From assembly GCA_043228905.1 (NCBI GenBank), contig JBHGNT010000012.1, forward strand, positions 8,990,001 to 9,054,000: a stretch of DNA of 64,000 nucleotides, in the 5' to 3' direction. Position numbers and translations under genes: made by a program. Below the pieces are notes generated by a model that was not told the DNA's origin, did no database searches, and worked only from the letters and a program-made list of their open reading frames with translations. Origin of the DNA: Azolla caroliniana. Taxonomy: Eukaryota; Plantae; Polypodiophyta. Of this stretch, positions 25,325 to 39,539 are shown one piece after another (position 1 is the stretch's first letter; each line of letters begins with the position of its first letter).

Positions 25325-26070
25325 GCATGTGACATTGCCAGTTGGTCATTCTTGAAAGGGAATGTAGCACCCAATCTTAGACAATGTGGCTTTTGCTATG
25401 TAGCTCAAGAGACTACCAAGCATGTCCTCGGGTCTTGCCCTTTGGCTCAACAAGTATGGAATAAAGTTCTTTCTTTATTCCAAACGATCAACGTTGGTTG
25501 CCTGTTTTCATGGGGATCAGCGATGTAGGGAGTTTTACATATTGATATTAGTAAGTCCCTTTCAGTAACCTCGAAAGCAGGTGCAATGTGTCTATGTTTG
25601 GAAAATAGTGATTACGGCAGCGTTATGGCCATTATGGAAATGTAGATGTAACTGACTTTATGACGCAACAGATCTTAGTCTCTCAAATGTACTACTCAAG
25701 ATATCAGAGAAATTGTTGGCAGTAGTCCATGGCCAGTATGACAATATGCATGGTTCTCCAAAGAATGTTGATAAGAGAAAGAAGAAGCTTCTTCACTTAT
25801 GGAGAAAGTTGCCCATCTTTGTAATGTAAGATCAAGGGCCTAAATGGAACTATCGACTTCCATGGACCCTTTCTTGAATATCAATACACCATAGCAATGT
25901 ACATCATCAAATTTCAACACCCTTTACAAGTTCCTATATTTTGTCTTAGATTATTTGTATGTCATTATACATGAATTGTTGTAAGCTCCTTGGTAGATAA
26001 CTTCAGGTTATAGCTTGCAGGTGTTTTTCTTAATACTATTGAACAAAGTCTTTCCAAAATAAAATAAAAA
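25325..26070 (+). mobile_element. L1-clade LINE 3' fragment (zf-RVT) with A-rich tail
   Basis: CGFC...ETTKHVLGSCPLAQQVW and LWPLWKCRCN motifs; aaaataaaataaaaa at ~26056-26070. Confidence 0.7.
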
Positions 26071-26330
26071 GTATCATGGCTAGATGTGCCTTCCTCCATG
26101 ATGTTTGAGATTTTCATATGTCAAGGTAAATAATAAATTGAATATTATTATATAAAAGTAATAAGAGAATACTTTAGTGGTGAAGACTATTGAATAATAA
26201 ATCATTCTCTAGTATCATGGCTTGATGTGCCTTCCTCCATGATTTGTTAACTTTTCATAAGTCAAGATAAATAATAAATTGAATACAATTATCTAAAAAT
26301 AATAAGTGAATACTTTAGTGGAGACGACAT
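26070..26330. repeat. Diverged tandem duplication, period 141 bp
   Basis: agtatcatggct.gatgtgccttcctccatgat starts at 26070 and at 26211. Confidence 0.85.
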
Positions 26331-26699
26331 AGAGTTTGAATCTTGCTTGATTTTGGGTCAAACTATCATGAACCAATTTAAGAAGCTAAGCCAAGATATA
26401 TACAAAAATAGGATATGAGAAGTTATAAACAATATTATCCAAGGTACAAGACATTTTGATGAAGTGGGCTCTCGACATGAGAAGGCTTACAACTGGTCTT
26501 GAACTAGAATGGTTTGATAAGAGTGTGACACTGCAATTTATAGGAAATGCAAGTTAGGAATCACTCCAAAGTTTGAGAACAACCCGTGTGTTGAACATTC
26601 ATGTGTTTTCCAATAGGCTAGCGCAGAATTGTTCCACATCCCAAATGTATGTGTGTCTCCCTCTCTCTTATTGGGATCATTTTAATGTGTTGTAACACT

Positions 26700-26980
26700 G
26701 CATGGCTCAAGTGGTTAATTGTTATGCTCTTAATGCTTAAACACAAGTTTGAGCCTCGTCGCATGAACTTTTGCTTGAATGATCATCACACTTCCTATGT
26801 GGAAGGGGTCACTCATTAATGTATATAGCAATTTGAATAACATGTTGGTTTTCGTCAAGCATAGGTTCGAGCCTCATGGGATGACCTTTTGCTCCAATGG
26901 TCATTACACTTCTTATATGCAATGAGTCACTCATTGAAATGTATGTCAATGTCAACAACATGGTGGTTTTCTTCAAGTGA
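26700..26980 (+). mobile_element. Possible tRNA-derived SINE with a duplicated ~118-bp body
   Basis: A-box TGGCTCAAGTGG at 26703; B-box-like agtttgagcc at ~26746 and GGTTCGAGCC at ~26864, each heading a repeated unit. Confidence 0.45.
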
Positions 26981-29900
26981 TTAAGCTCCATTCTCAATTG
27001 AATTCTTATGCTTTTCTCAACAACTAGTTAATCTACCACATCTCCTCCTTTTCTCTTGTGTATGTTTCTACTAATTGTCTTTTGTGAACACAATCAAGTA
27101 AGCCAAGCCTCTTCCTCATTAGCCAGTTGTGAGGAACCTCCAACCTTTAATCCACTAAATGGGATAAGTTGACCTAATCATCCAAGACCTTGAGATTCTA
27201 AATCATTTCTATAAAAGACAGGATACAAAATGACAAGATCAAGATTATGACTCAAAGATATATTGTAAACAACACAATTTTGATCAACAATGTCAAAGAT
27301 CATGACTTCACTATTCATAATAGTAAACTTACAAGCAATCTGTGAGAGTTCTCATTCTACCATCTCAAAATACAAAATGCTCAATGCCAAAAGCAGTGAC
27401 ACCCTCCAAGCCCTAAGTCATTTAAATACCTATACATGGAGAATTCAAACTAGTCCAGTCACAACTTGACCTTTTCCCACTATTGTCCTGGCCTTTCTAA
27501 GATATCATAAATTATACTCATACTATGTACATATGTCCTTTAGCTTTCATACATAAAAGATGTTTAGTCATATTATATTACATTAACATAATTTAAGATT
27601 GAGCTCTTCATAGCTTTGTTGGAATGTTAAAATAATTGGCCATGTACATTTAATAACTATCAACAACTTTGTGGCATATTATATAAAACTATAATAATCG
27701 AGACACTTCAAGAAAATGCAAATGATGCTGAGTTGAGTTGGACAATATTGCATGTGTCTTATGATAACTATATCTCTTTTCATCTTGTCTCTTCATCATT
27801 CTAGAAGCACTAAATATTCATTTTCGTAGCTACTATTATAATTGCACATGATCATAATGTTATGATGACAATATAATGCTACGAAATTGGAGAGAAATGG
27901 TCTTCTATCTCAACTTCACGTTGTTCAACAAGGTCGGATCGAAACACTATTATCAATAATTTGAAAATCGTTGTATGTCTCCTTTGTGCATAAGATTTTT
28001 GTAGACTTGTGAAAGACATTACCAATTACTTAGCAATATTCTCTCTAGCTACATTGTGTAATATCACGACACTCACTTCTGATTCTATGTTATTCTACAT
28101 TTGGTTGTCTTGTCAATATTCTAATTCATTCTATAATCTCTTACTATGCATTGTATTATATTTGTTTTCTATTATCTCTTTATTAATATCGATTATAAAC
28201 TATGAATGTGTTCCATTGAATTTACTTTCCTAGTTTTTTATGTGCCCTTAACTCGTATCTCCTTAACTTGTGTTCTATTTAACATGTATATATGTAGAGT
28301 AATATGATATGTGTGCATATACATATAATGATATATGCATATGTAATATATTTATAGGATATATAACACACAATCTTTTTTCTCATTTTGAAGAACGGTG
28401 GAAAAAGCTAATAATGTTATTCACAAAAAAAGGGTTTGAAAAAATAGTTCGTTAAAAAAACAAAGTTCCGAGGTTTGGAACTACAATCGAATGTCAAATT
28501 TGCACTTGAAATCAAAAAAATATTTCATGCTTCTAACACTTTCATTACGTTTGTACTTCTATAAAAATATGTCATATAAAGATTCTGGCATTAGGCCATT
28601 AATGTAGTAATTATGGTATACAACCTCATTTGCGATGATAAAATCCTTTGTTTTTTTTTACCACATTTTAAAAGATGATATCGTAAGAAAAAGCTACACC
28701 ATTAGTTGTTTAGAAAGTGTCTATGTGTGTGTGTGTGTGTGTGTGTACAAGTGGTTGGACGAGCATGATATTCAAGCTTATTGTGACAATGAAAACAATA
28801 AACACATTGCACATTGCACAATGTAGTTTACTTGCCACATTGTTAAGAAAATAGTATGGTCTAGTGCGATCTCCATTATAGGCATCTCACCCTCATAAAA
28901 ATGAAAGATTTCCAATGTGTTTTGTCACAATACTTTAGAAGTAATCGAGAAACATGATAAGGTGTGAATGGAGGAGGCCCATCCACAAGTCATATCACCC
29001 TTCAAATCATCTTTGGCTTAGGGGAACTGAATGCACTTCTTTTATATGCAAGTTGCATAACAACCGATAAAATACTAAAGCATGCGCATCATGAATTATT
29101 AGCACGTTTAGTAGAAACAATATGCACATTTTTATTCTAATGAAGATGCTCGTTTTTGTGCATCAATAGCAACTTTTTGAATCTTATGTATTATAATGTT
29201 TCATATCACCCTACGAAAATGAAAAAACTACAAAAAAGACATTTTGCTTTCTACTCATAGGTATTCACAAGCGTAAAACATTGCTTCGCCCATAACGGTC
29301 AATTATTATACATGGACTTTCTATTATAATACTATATTATATGGATGTTATCCTTGCTTATAGTGACTTTGCCAGATTCGCTTTGTTCACATTATAAGTA
29401 TTTTGGGCTAAAATGGAAATTTTGACACATAGTCAATAACAAGTGAGCCACATTTATAAATACCAGTGACAGTAGTACACACTTTCAACACTTATCACAA
29501 TTCTTGGTAGGTTAGAAAAGGTATACCTTAGAATAATAAACTTGTGATGTCATAGTACCATTGCATATGTAAAAATTGGATAGAAAACTTTCAATTGCAA
29601 TATAAAAAGATGCATCAAACACATTAGATGTGTGGATACAATGACATCAAAGCGAAGGTGTTGCAATGAAATAGTGAGGTTACATGAATATTCGCTTTGT
29701 ACATGTATACCCACTAGTAGCTTGAATAGTCTCATCTTTTCCTCACTCAATGAACGTTGATTGGCTGCTTCTTGAACTTTTCATAATGACCAAACAAAGG
29801 GATGGTGAGAATAGCATGATGTAACTACCTACCTAAAAGAGCTTTTTAAGCAACATAAAGATATAATTTGGCAAAAATGCAACAAATAAATGACGAAAGT

Positions 29901-31769
29901 CTTTGATGTTTATTGGTTCCATATTCCTGACTTTAAGGTAGTTCATATGTCAACCTATTTCTTTACCGTATTCTAAATATTCGAATAAATTTGGTTTGCT
30001 TCCATTGTCTCCTAAATCGTTTTGAAACGAGTTCCTCTAACTTGTTAAATATCATGTTAAGGAGAGAGAACATGAAATTGAGCACAAATAAGTCTACTAC
30101 CTATATGAAAATCATACACATTTTGACCTTGAAACATGCATGACACATGCAAAACAAAACATTAGTGTTGTCATAATTATGTACAAATTGGTCTTAGAGC
30201 CCAATACAATTTTTCAAGAGGTTGATCAGTGTCGTAATTATGCACAAATTGGTCTTAACGCCCATCACTATTTCTCAAGAGTTTGATGACTTTATTAGTT
30301 GATCATTGAGAAAAAGCCTAATCAAAAGCCCTTTTGCTAAAACAAATATCAATTCATTTCCAGTTATCAAAATAGTACAATACCAAAGACATAGGTTGGG
30401 TGCGGTCCACACTCCTTTGTGCAACGTTCCATTATGCATTGGGACGTGCATGTCCTCGTCTTTCCATTATTTACACATGCATGTATACCTTACATACATT
30501 AATACACACACATGTAGATATTTGGAATATAAACTTTGAAACTCCATACGAAAAATTAGCATGTCATGTGTAGCTATGCAATTTATCATTTTATCATTGA
30601 TTGACAATTCACGTACACCAGATGCATTAAATTGGTTTGCATATAAAATGGATTATAGAACTAAATATAACACGCATCTTCTCTTTCAAAGGATCCTCCA
30701 CTATATTTGGTTTGCAAGATCAATGAAAGGTTGAAATAAACAAGTGATAGGCCAATAAGGGAACTATTATACAAAGTTCAAACTATCATAAAAAACAAAT
30801 AGTCACTTATAAAGATTGATCTAAACGAATAGTGGATTGTTTTCTTTCTGTTTGTTGTACTAAGAATGAAGGCTAAGAATAGTGGAATGAACTTTTACCA
30901 TGAGCCTCGAGTAATGATATCACTTACATGTTTACCTAAATGATCTAAAGGGAATTATGAATATTCAAATACATGAAAATGAATGGCAATGGCAATTAGA
31001 AAAAGAAAAATGATTGATTGATGGGTACATTGTCTACTCTAACCTTTGCTATTATTTTTCATGCACAAACTTTCTTGTAACATGAATGCTAAGGACACCC
31101 ATTGATGAAAGACCAATGATTGATTTTGTGTGATCCATCAATATTTTGGCGATTAAATCTCAAGTTCAAAATATGTATATTGGATTTACAAATTGATTAT
31201 TGCAAGTTAGTGTTTGAGAAAATCTTTTGTCAACTCTTATTTTAAAGTGAAGATATTGTTATCAACTCAAATTGTTATCTCTACACTAGATAAAGACTCA
31301 TGTATGCTTTCTTTTCTTTACTGCGGAAGAGTCTCTTCGTAAATCTAGACTCACATGGTTTAACATAAACTAGCTTTCCCCAAGTCTCAAAGTTGCAACT
31401 TGCTATCGTGTTCCCAAGAAAAATGCATGAGGATTAATCTAGGATAAATTTCTTTTCCATGATTATTGTACCAAGCAATGCTTTTAAACTAATCTATGAT
31501 TAGAAAATCTCATTTCCAAGACAAACCTTTAGGACTTCCTAGGATTGGGATTCTAACTTTCATATTTCATTTCAAAACATCTTCTTTGAGAGTGGATATG
31601 ATATGCCTCCTCTAGTGGTAGGACGTTCCTTTTTTTGCACACATGCTTGAATCAACGTACCTAGTTTGTAATTTTGCTTAATGACCTAGGGATATGTGTG
31701 GGTTATTGAAAGGAGATGATTGACTTCTAGGTCTAAATCCCAAATTTCTATTCTTCGACAAGAACACTA

Positions 31770-31935
31770 CAAATCTCTTTATCTTTTATTTCGTAATTAG
31801 CTTACCCTACTAGTAAGTTGCAATAATATTGTCTTGGGTTGTAAACCCAATTTTCTCACCTTTTTATTACTCCATACATATCCTCTTAATTTTACTAGAT
31901 GCCCCTATAGAATGTAGAGGTTGGAATGCCCCTTC
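31770..31935 (+). repeat. Dispersed repeat (probable LTR 3' half) shared with 53935-54110 and 39078-39112
   Basis: Shared gtaattagcttacc...acccaattttctcacc...tattactccata...actagatgcc. Confidence 0.65.
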
Positions 31936-31989
31936 TAGTCTCTATTGGGCAACCTTTCCTATTGAGCTACGTGAGCCAATTTTCGTCTT

Positions 31990-32131
31990 AGAAGATGTTA
32001 ATATTTCTTTCTTTCTCTCGAACATTGAGAGTCGCTATTAACTTTCACATGTACTACGTGAAATATAATATGTTTGGTCTCATAGGTCATATTTGATCTT
32101 CGAGGACGATAATAGGATCTATTTATCTATC
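31990..32131 (+). mobile_element. RTEX-like family A LINE 3' terminus
   Basis: ggtctcataggtcatatttga...gataatag followed by a (CTAT)n tail, as at 43975-44036. Confidence 0.7.
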
Positions 32132-32133
32132 AA

Positions 32134-33118
32134 CAGTAAGGTTAAGTGTGCACTTTGAATGGAAGGAAGAAGTGCACACTTAGGGCTTTTTACTCAATTT
32201 GTTTTCCCTTTTCTTTTCTTCTCCTGCAAAACTTGCTCATAGAAACCATTCTTCCGTTTTTTCTTCTCCAACAGAACTTTAACTTGTAGGAAGCAAAAAA
32301 GATCTAAAATTTGCCTGCTGAACTTGATCGTTCTCACTTGTTGTGGTAGAAACTATTCGTTGTTTTGTTCTCCAGTAAAAGTAGAGCGCTTTGTATGTTG
32401 AAGTTTGTTATAATTTGTTTTATAGAATGTTAAATTCGCTAATGGGAGCGATTTTCACAGTTTGAACCCTAGAAAAACCTTTTCTTTAACGTGAAATTGT
32501 AAGTTTTTCTTCTTATGGATGTTGAGTAGTTGGTACTATCATCTTGAAAGCAACTATTTCTAGCTTTGCAATCTAATTTCTAGAGCTTTAGAGGCGTGAA
32601 TATATAATGAAATCTGTATTTTCTCACATGGACTAGATCCCTACAAGAGGTAAGAAGAAGACAAAGCGGAAAGGAGAGGGATCAAGAAGAAGGAAGTATG
32701 AGAAAGAAACAGAAGAAGGAAGTAGAAGAAGATGAAGAGGCGAAGGGGAAGTACAAGGAATAATAAGAATTAAGAACTCATTAGAAGAAGGGAAGGAGTA
32801 CCAGTAGGAAGAAACATCATGAAAAGGGAGTAGTTTGAAAGAAGAAGAATCACGGAGATGTAATGGAAGAAGAAGAACGAAACAAAATAGTACGACTAAT
32901 AACAATCACGAAAAGGAAGTGGTACAAGACTGAACAAGGAAAAGAAGTAAGAAGAATAAGAAGAAGAATCAATAACAGGAAACAATAGAAAGCGTATTGG
33001 TGTAATTTCATCGTGAAACAACGATTTTATTATTATCTAGATTTTGACCTCTATATAAAAAGTGTACTTAATATAATGGCACACTTAAGTGGGCAAGTGC
33101 TTAACCAAATGGTTACTG
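32134..33118. mobile_element. Probable non-autonomous Tc1/pogo-type DNA transposon inserted in the LINE (CTAT)n tail
   Basis: CAGTAA...TTACTG termini with shared ggttaag/agtgtgc subterminal motifs; TA on the right; (CTAT)n on both sides. Confidence 0.5.
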
Positions 33119-33559
33119 TATCTATCTATCTATCTATGTATCTCTTTGTCCCCCCCTATCATGAATATTTTTGGCCTCTCCAATACAACTTAATACTTTC
33201 GATCAAGTTGGTGGTGGGAGGGGATGGATTTGGGTGTAACATTAATGTTTTAATTACGAAAGTTGAATTATAATTGATGTAATATAGTATTTTATTGACT
33301 CCCCACAAAATCAATTATGGTTCTCGTTAAATCCCTCATCCCTAGATACATTGTTATGAACCTACAATACAATATGACAATGTCTAATGCAAATAATGGA
33401 CAAATTGCATTGTTGATCTATGTCTTCAATACAAAGAGCTACCATACAATTATGCCCTCCAATCAGGAATGTGTCTTTGAACTTCATATTGAGCATAAAA
33501 ATTAAAGGCATTCAATCTATGCTGATTATGTTATCCCCAATACCTTTGAAATTGAAAGT

Positions 33560-35530
33560 TATTGGGGATCTCTCTCCCTCTTCCCGTAGGGTTTGTCCCT
33601 ACAATAGCAAACACTCGTAAAGCCGCTATAAAGTTCGGGGGTATGATTGATAATGAGCTGAGATCACCAACAAATCTTGATTCTAATGCAATAGACAAAA
33701 TGCTTATGAGTCACTTGATTTCTCTTCAAGACACCATAAACAAGCAAGGTGAAGAGATTAGGATGTTAATGAAAGAGAATGCTAAGCTCCAAATTGTTGT
33801 CATTGAGAATGAAAGTCTTAAGCAAGTGGTTGCAAAACTTAAAGAAGAAATTCAAGAATGTAAAAGAGCTTCTTTCGAAACAAATGAGCGCCTTAACAAG
33901 ATTGAGTTAAAGGAAGCATTAAAAGAAGAAAAATTGGACATGATGAGGGGGGATGTAAGTGAGATGAAAAATGTATGTACAACGAAGTCATGGGCCGATG
34001 TATGTGGTGGGGATGTGGTATCAAACTTATCTAATATGCATGTGATGCATCACGAGAAGAATATAGAAAGCATAGATGTTTGAGAATTGAAAGAATGTGA
34101 ACGAAAATCAAAGAACATTGTCGTCCGTGGGATTAAAGAGGAGAGTATGGAAACACTTGCATCCCTCGGAAAGGTCATTGGTGAACTTTTTAGCATGCAT
34201 TATGGGATGTTGGTTGTGAATGTATATGGGCACACCGAGTTGGGAAACATGGTGTTACTCGCTCCGAATAAAGGCCTATTGTACGCACAATGACAGATAA
34301 TACAAAGCGATGGATCATACTTGAAAATAATTGGGTATACGTCAAAGGTACGCAATGCTTTGCGAGTGAAAATCGTACTATCTCACAACAAAATGCTTGT
34401 CGTAAAGAATATGAAGAAAGATTGAAAAGTAAGGTTAAGGATGTGCCTAAAGATGGAAATGTAAGCAAATAGGGACACGTGACCTATGAGACTAACCCAC
34501 GTCTTTTACAACTATGCTTTTGGAATTGCAATGGATACCCATGGAATGTGGGATTTGGCATAGAGGAGTTCACCGATGATTCGGATATCACATTTCTTGT
34601 TCAAACATGGGAGCGTGATACTCAAAACGATTCAAGGTTTAGGAAACTATAATGTACACAGTTTAGAGGCGGGTAAGTGAGCATACTATGCATTTGAGAA
34701 CACATGCAATCTTGGACATATTAAGAAATATCTTTTCGACACTTTGGTGACACTAGTTCTTCTCTATGGGGTGGAAGTATGGGGCAGTAGCATCCCTAAA
34801 TCTACGTGGAAAGAGTTTGAAAATGTCCAAAAACATTTGCTTATAAAGTTTCTACAAGTTAAGAAACAAATGCCCTACACCCTCCTCCTCCTTGAGAGGA
34901 GATCGCTTCCCATTGAGATCATGACCATGGAAAGGGTTGTTGAATACATGCTTAAGGTTCGAAAAAGTCCCTCACATTAACTTCCTAGAATTGCATGGGA
35001 AGCAAGCAAAAAGATCCAAAAGACGCATAAAAGCAAAATTTTGTGTTCTGGTTGGATGCAAGATATAGAAAAATGGTTTGGTAGATGGGATGCAAAACAC
35101 TTGCTTCATGATGCATCAGTAGATTCCTCTATAAATGAGGCATTTTTGCAACGCCAATGTATCATGACATGGGATCAATGTGGAGGGTCACGCTTCACAC
35201 ATTATACTACACATGTTGCACCTAACTAAAAAACCATATTCTTTGCGGAACGGGGAAACCATACACATCGATACATGTTAGAGCTCGTCCCGTTATCCGC
35301 CATTCGAACCATTTCTTCCATGCGACTTAGCTCACATGCATTGCGATGTGAGATAGGGCGTTGGGGCACAAATGATGAGAGTGGTCGACTATGCATACTT
35401 TGCCATAAACAAGTTCTCATGTTTGAGTATTACACTTTGATACAATGCTCTACCTTTGATCATATTTGACCATGCTTTCCACATCTCTTCAACCAAGCCC
35501 AATCCTTGCATGAATTTCTCTCATAGCCAC
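33560..35530 (+). mobile_element. RTEX-like family A LINE, internally deleted (ORF1, EN start, C-terminus; no RT)
   Basis: Coiled-coil ORF1 with RKSKNIVVRGIKE, EN start FWNCNGYPWN, junction near 34660, then LLYGVEVWG...SSHALRCEIGRW...CILC. Confidence 0.8.
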
Positions 35531-35589
35531 AAGTCGTTTACAGTACTAACATTACATCTTGGTTCAAAACCCAATATTCTCACCTCTCT

Positions 35590-38500
35590 AATATTCCAAG
35601 AGCAAGAACGTAGAAGGCAAGCATATCCATCTTGGAAAGCAAATCAAAATGTATAGCAAGCAATGACCTATGGGACCATAAGTGCTTCACGATTGAAAGT
35701 AATATTTTGGAATTGTAGAGGATATCCATGGAATAAGCATTTAGGACTCAATGATGTAGCTCAAGGTATGGATATTATATTTTTGGCCGAAACATGGGAG
35801 CATGAGGCAAAACATATACCTAAAATAGACGGTTACCTCATAAAATCGATATGGCCTCACTCCAAAGGGAATATTGGGCGTGCCTGGATAACATGTATCT
35901 ACCATGAGAGCTTAGATAATTCTATCAAAGTATGGAAATATGATGACTATAAGAGATACATATGGATAAAGGTTAATTTGGGGAAAGAGAAGTTGTATAT
36001 AGTTTCATGTTACATTCCTCACAAAGACTCAAACTACTATAATAGGTTTGGGTTAGATTGTGATGATCCTTTTACAAAATTATGCCATGATATACTTTCA
36101 TTTGAGAAGCTTGGTAAAGTTTTAATTATGGGACACTTCAATGCAAGAGTTGGAAATTTCCAAAATGTGGAGACATTTGAAGAAAATGTAGTAGAACATT
36201 GTCTAGTGTGTGACTAAGAGGATTGTGTCATGTCAGATTATGGAAAACATTTGATACATATGCTAAATTGCACAAACTTGATTATCCTAAATGGTATAAA
36301 GGCATTGCCATTGACAAATGTGCTCACATGTTTACCATCCTCGGGTGGAGGAAGTGTGGTTGATTATGCATTAATGTTGGCATGTGATTTATCATTGGTG
36401 AAGGTGTTTAAAGTTGGTTCTCTATCTCCGGACTCAGACCACAAGCTATTTTACTTAGAGCTTGCAATTCCACATTCCAATAGATGCCGTGGAGAGAAAG
36501 ACGAAAAGCGATGTATCATCTGACCTTGCTACGAAAAAGCTAAGATGTATGTAAAGGAAGTGGAGAACCATTTGTTAAATTTTTCTCTAAGCAACAATGT
36601 TAAAGAAAATTGGCAACATTTCAAGGATGTAATCCTTAAGGTTGGATATTAATGCTTTAAGAGACATGTGGGTGGGCATAAGGTGTGTAGTTTTCCATGT
36701 AATTCTTGGTTCGACGATGAATGTAAGATGTATCTCAAATGGTTTAAGTCCATAGAAGGGGGGGAATGAAAATATCGTTGCATGGCACATATACAAGAAA
36801 GTAGTGCGGAGAAAGAAAAGAAGGTATTTTCAAATGCAAGAGATGAAAAAGAAAAACTTGTTTAAGCTCAAACCAAAATTAGCATGGGGACAACTCAAAG
36901 GTAAGAAAGAAGATTTGAAAGGTCACATTACAAATGAAGAGATGCTAGACTATGTACAAAGGTTATATATGCATGAAGGTGTGGCTCCTATGGTTAAGAA
37001 AATTGAAACTCCATGCACTACATGTATCGATATTGATGATGTCAATAAGGGAATAAAGAAGATGGCAAGTGGGAAAGCAACATATTCAACCTACGTCTCA
37101 AGTGAGCTTTTAAAATGGACCATGCCACACACTTGTCATTGGATAATGACAATTTTAGAGCAAGCTATAAAACAAGGATTTCCAAATGATTGGCTTATGA
37201 ATTGGATTAAACTAATATTTAAAGTCGGAGATAGGAATCAAATATCAAATTATCGTACAATAATGGTGAGCTCAACTATTGCTAAATTATATAGCACTAT
37301 TATGGAGCAAAAGATAAGCACATGGGTTGAGAGTACAAGCAAAAGAGCACTTGGGCAAGCCGGATTTAGACCAAAACACTCCAACATAGATCATTTGGTC
37401 ACATTAAGAGTAATCATGGAAGAGAGTCGACTACAAGGAAAAACACTTTATTGTTGTTTTGTTGATTTCAAGAAAGCTTTTGATACTGCACCACGAAGTG
37501 AGCTTTGGAATAGAATGGTAGACATTGACATGCCATTAGCGTATCGAGTTGCGGTTGCATGCCTATCTGAACAAGTTAAATGCCAACTAAAAAAGGATAG
37601 TGGATTCTCAAAGCACTTCTTAAGTAACATGGGGGTCAAGCAAGGATGTCCATTATCACCCACACTCTTTGGTATTATGTATTATTAAATTAGAAAAAGT
37701 GGTGAATAAGGTTGCAAGAGAAGGATTGAATGACCCCAATTTGATGCAACATGTTATCTTATTGCTTCTATATGCAGATGATGTGGTACTCTTCTCATAT
37801 GATGTTGATATTATGCAACATTTACTTGGGGTATTAGAAGAATTTTGCCATAGTTGTGGACTAGCAGTAAATGTGGAGAAAACAAAAATAATGGTAGTGC
37901 AAACCATCCAACCTCATCATTACCCTATGCTCACATATAAAGGTGAACATATACAATTTGTTCAAAGCTTTAAACATCTTGGTATTGATGTACCCGCTAC
38001 AAATAAATGGAGTGCATGCTTTGATTCTAGATTCCAAGCCGGTTGGAAATCATATTACCTTTTGGAGAACCAATGAAACCAAAGTGATACTTGTGGATGG
38101 GAAGTAAAACTAATGTTGTTCAATGCCATGGTAACTCAAGTATTGCTTTATGGAGTAGAAGTATGGGGTGGCACCATCTCTCTTAACGCATAGAACGAGA
38201 TTGAGAAAATTCAAAAGATGTTTTTAAGGAGGCAATTAGGAGTTAAATGCACTACCTCTTACCAGGTTATGCTCTTGGAAACGGGTGTTCGACCCATAGA
38301 ACTATTGGCACTCCAAAGAGTATATAAATACATTACAAAAGTCAAGAATATGCCGAATCATCGATTACCACATCTTGCTTGGAATGTTGGATGTAAGCTA
38401 CAAAAGAATCATAAAAGTAAGATTCTCTCATCTGGTTGGGTTTTTGACATAAGGAAATGGTTTAGAAGATGGGGTGTGGATGATCTTTTAGGGTTTTTGG

Positions 38501-39078
38501 GCAATGTTATGCAGTATGTAATGATTGAGGAAAGGTTGGTGGAATCATTAAGGATGAAGTGGGAGGATGCTAAGAGGACAAAGCTATAATACTACATTGC
38601 AAATGTCAACCCTGAATGTTGGTCTCAATATAAAGCAAGAATGTCTATTGATCGTATCCAACCTTATCTCATTACCAATCTGAGTAGTAATGCTCATAGA
38701 GCCCTTATACTACTTCACACTCGATCTCACAAGTTAGGTATTGAAGTTGCATCATGGTATCAAAATGTAACGAATTTGAAGACATGTAAAGTATGCAATG
38801 AAGGCATGGTAGAGGATGAATGTCACATGCTCGACATATAGTGCAATTGCTGACATACTAAGAGGGAGTGATTAACTTAAATGTCATACTTAAGACACCA
38901 CCTAGAAGGTTGAGCTCATATGTGTATGCTTTATTAACACACAAAGACTTTGTGCTTCAACGTATGAATACCCCTTCTTAAGAAGGAGACATATATCAAG
39001 AACACATGTATACTCTGGTCCCATAGGTCAAACTTGGCCTCTTTATGGATGATAAAAATTCTAATTCTAATTCTAATT
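35590..39078 (+). mobile_element. RTEX-like family B LINE, near-complete ORF2, ending in an (ATTCTA)n tail
   Basis: EN, RT and C-terminal zinc finger followed by a 3' stem-loop and a tandem-repeat tail. Confidence 0.88.
35663..38980 (+). pseudogene. LINE ORF2 (AP endonuclease, RT, zinc finger), disrupted
   Basis: FWNCRG, ETW, GHFNAR, SDH; QAGFRP, FVDFKKAFD, GVKQGCPLSPTLF, LYADD; SHKLGIE...CKVC...EDECH. Confidence 0.9.
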
Positions 39079-39110
39079 CCATAGATATCACTTATTTTAC
39101 TAACTGCCAC

Positions 39111-39156
<46 letters not shown>

Positions 39157-39539
39157 GTGAAAACACATAACTACATTAAGAAACACTATAATGTTATCAC
39201 AATTGAGTGGTGTCCCAACTGCATGGGTACTGGGGACATGTTGAATTGCGAATAGCCAAGACAAACACTCCACCAAAGAAACAGTTTCGACTTGCTCAAA
39301 TAAACAAAATTTCCATCTACTCCTTTAAAATTTGTAGTTGTGCTCTAACTCCATGGCTATCAAATAGAAAAAAAATGCATAAACTCGAATTATGATCCAA
39401 TCCCAAATATCACAAAAATCAGAAAACAATCTCGACCTATGCGAGTTGTGCAAATGGCCACTATCTTGGTGTGAAACAAGAATGTGACAAAACTTGCAAA
39501 ATCTATGATATGCAACTCCAAATCTGATAAACAATCTTT

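Noticed and set aside
27100-31500. Possible decayed gene or transposase in an AT-rich stretch
   Set aside because: No recognisable motif or sustained reading frame by eye; a translated HMM search is needed
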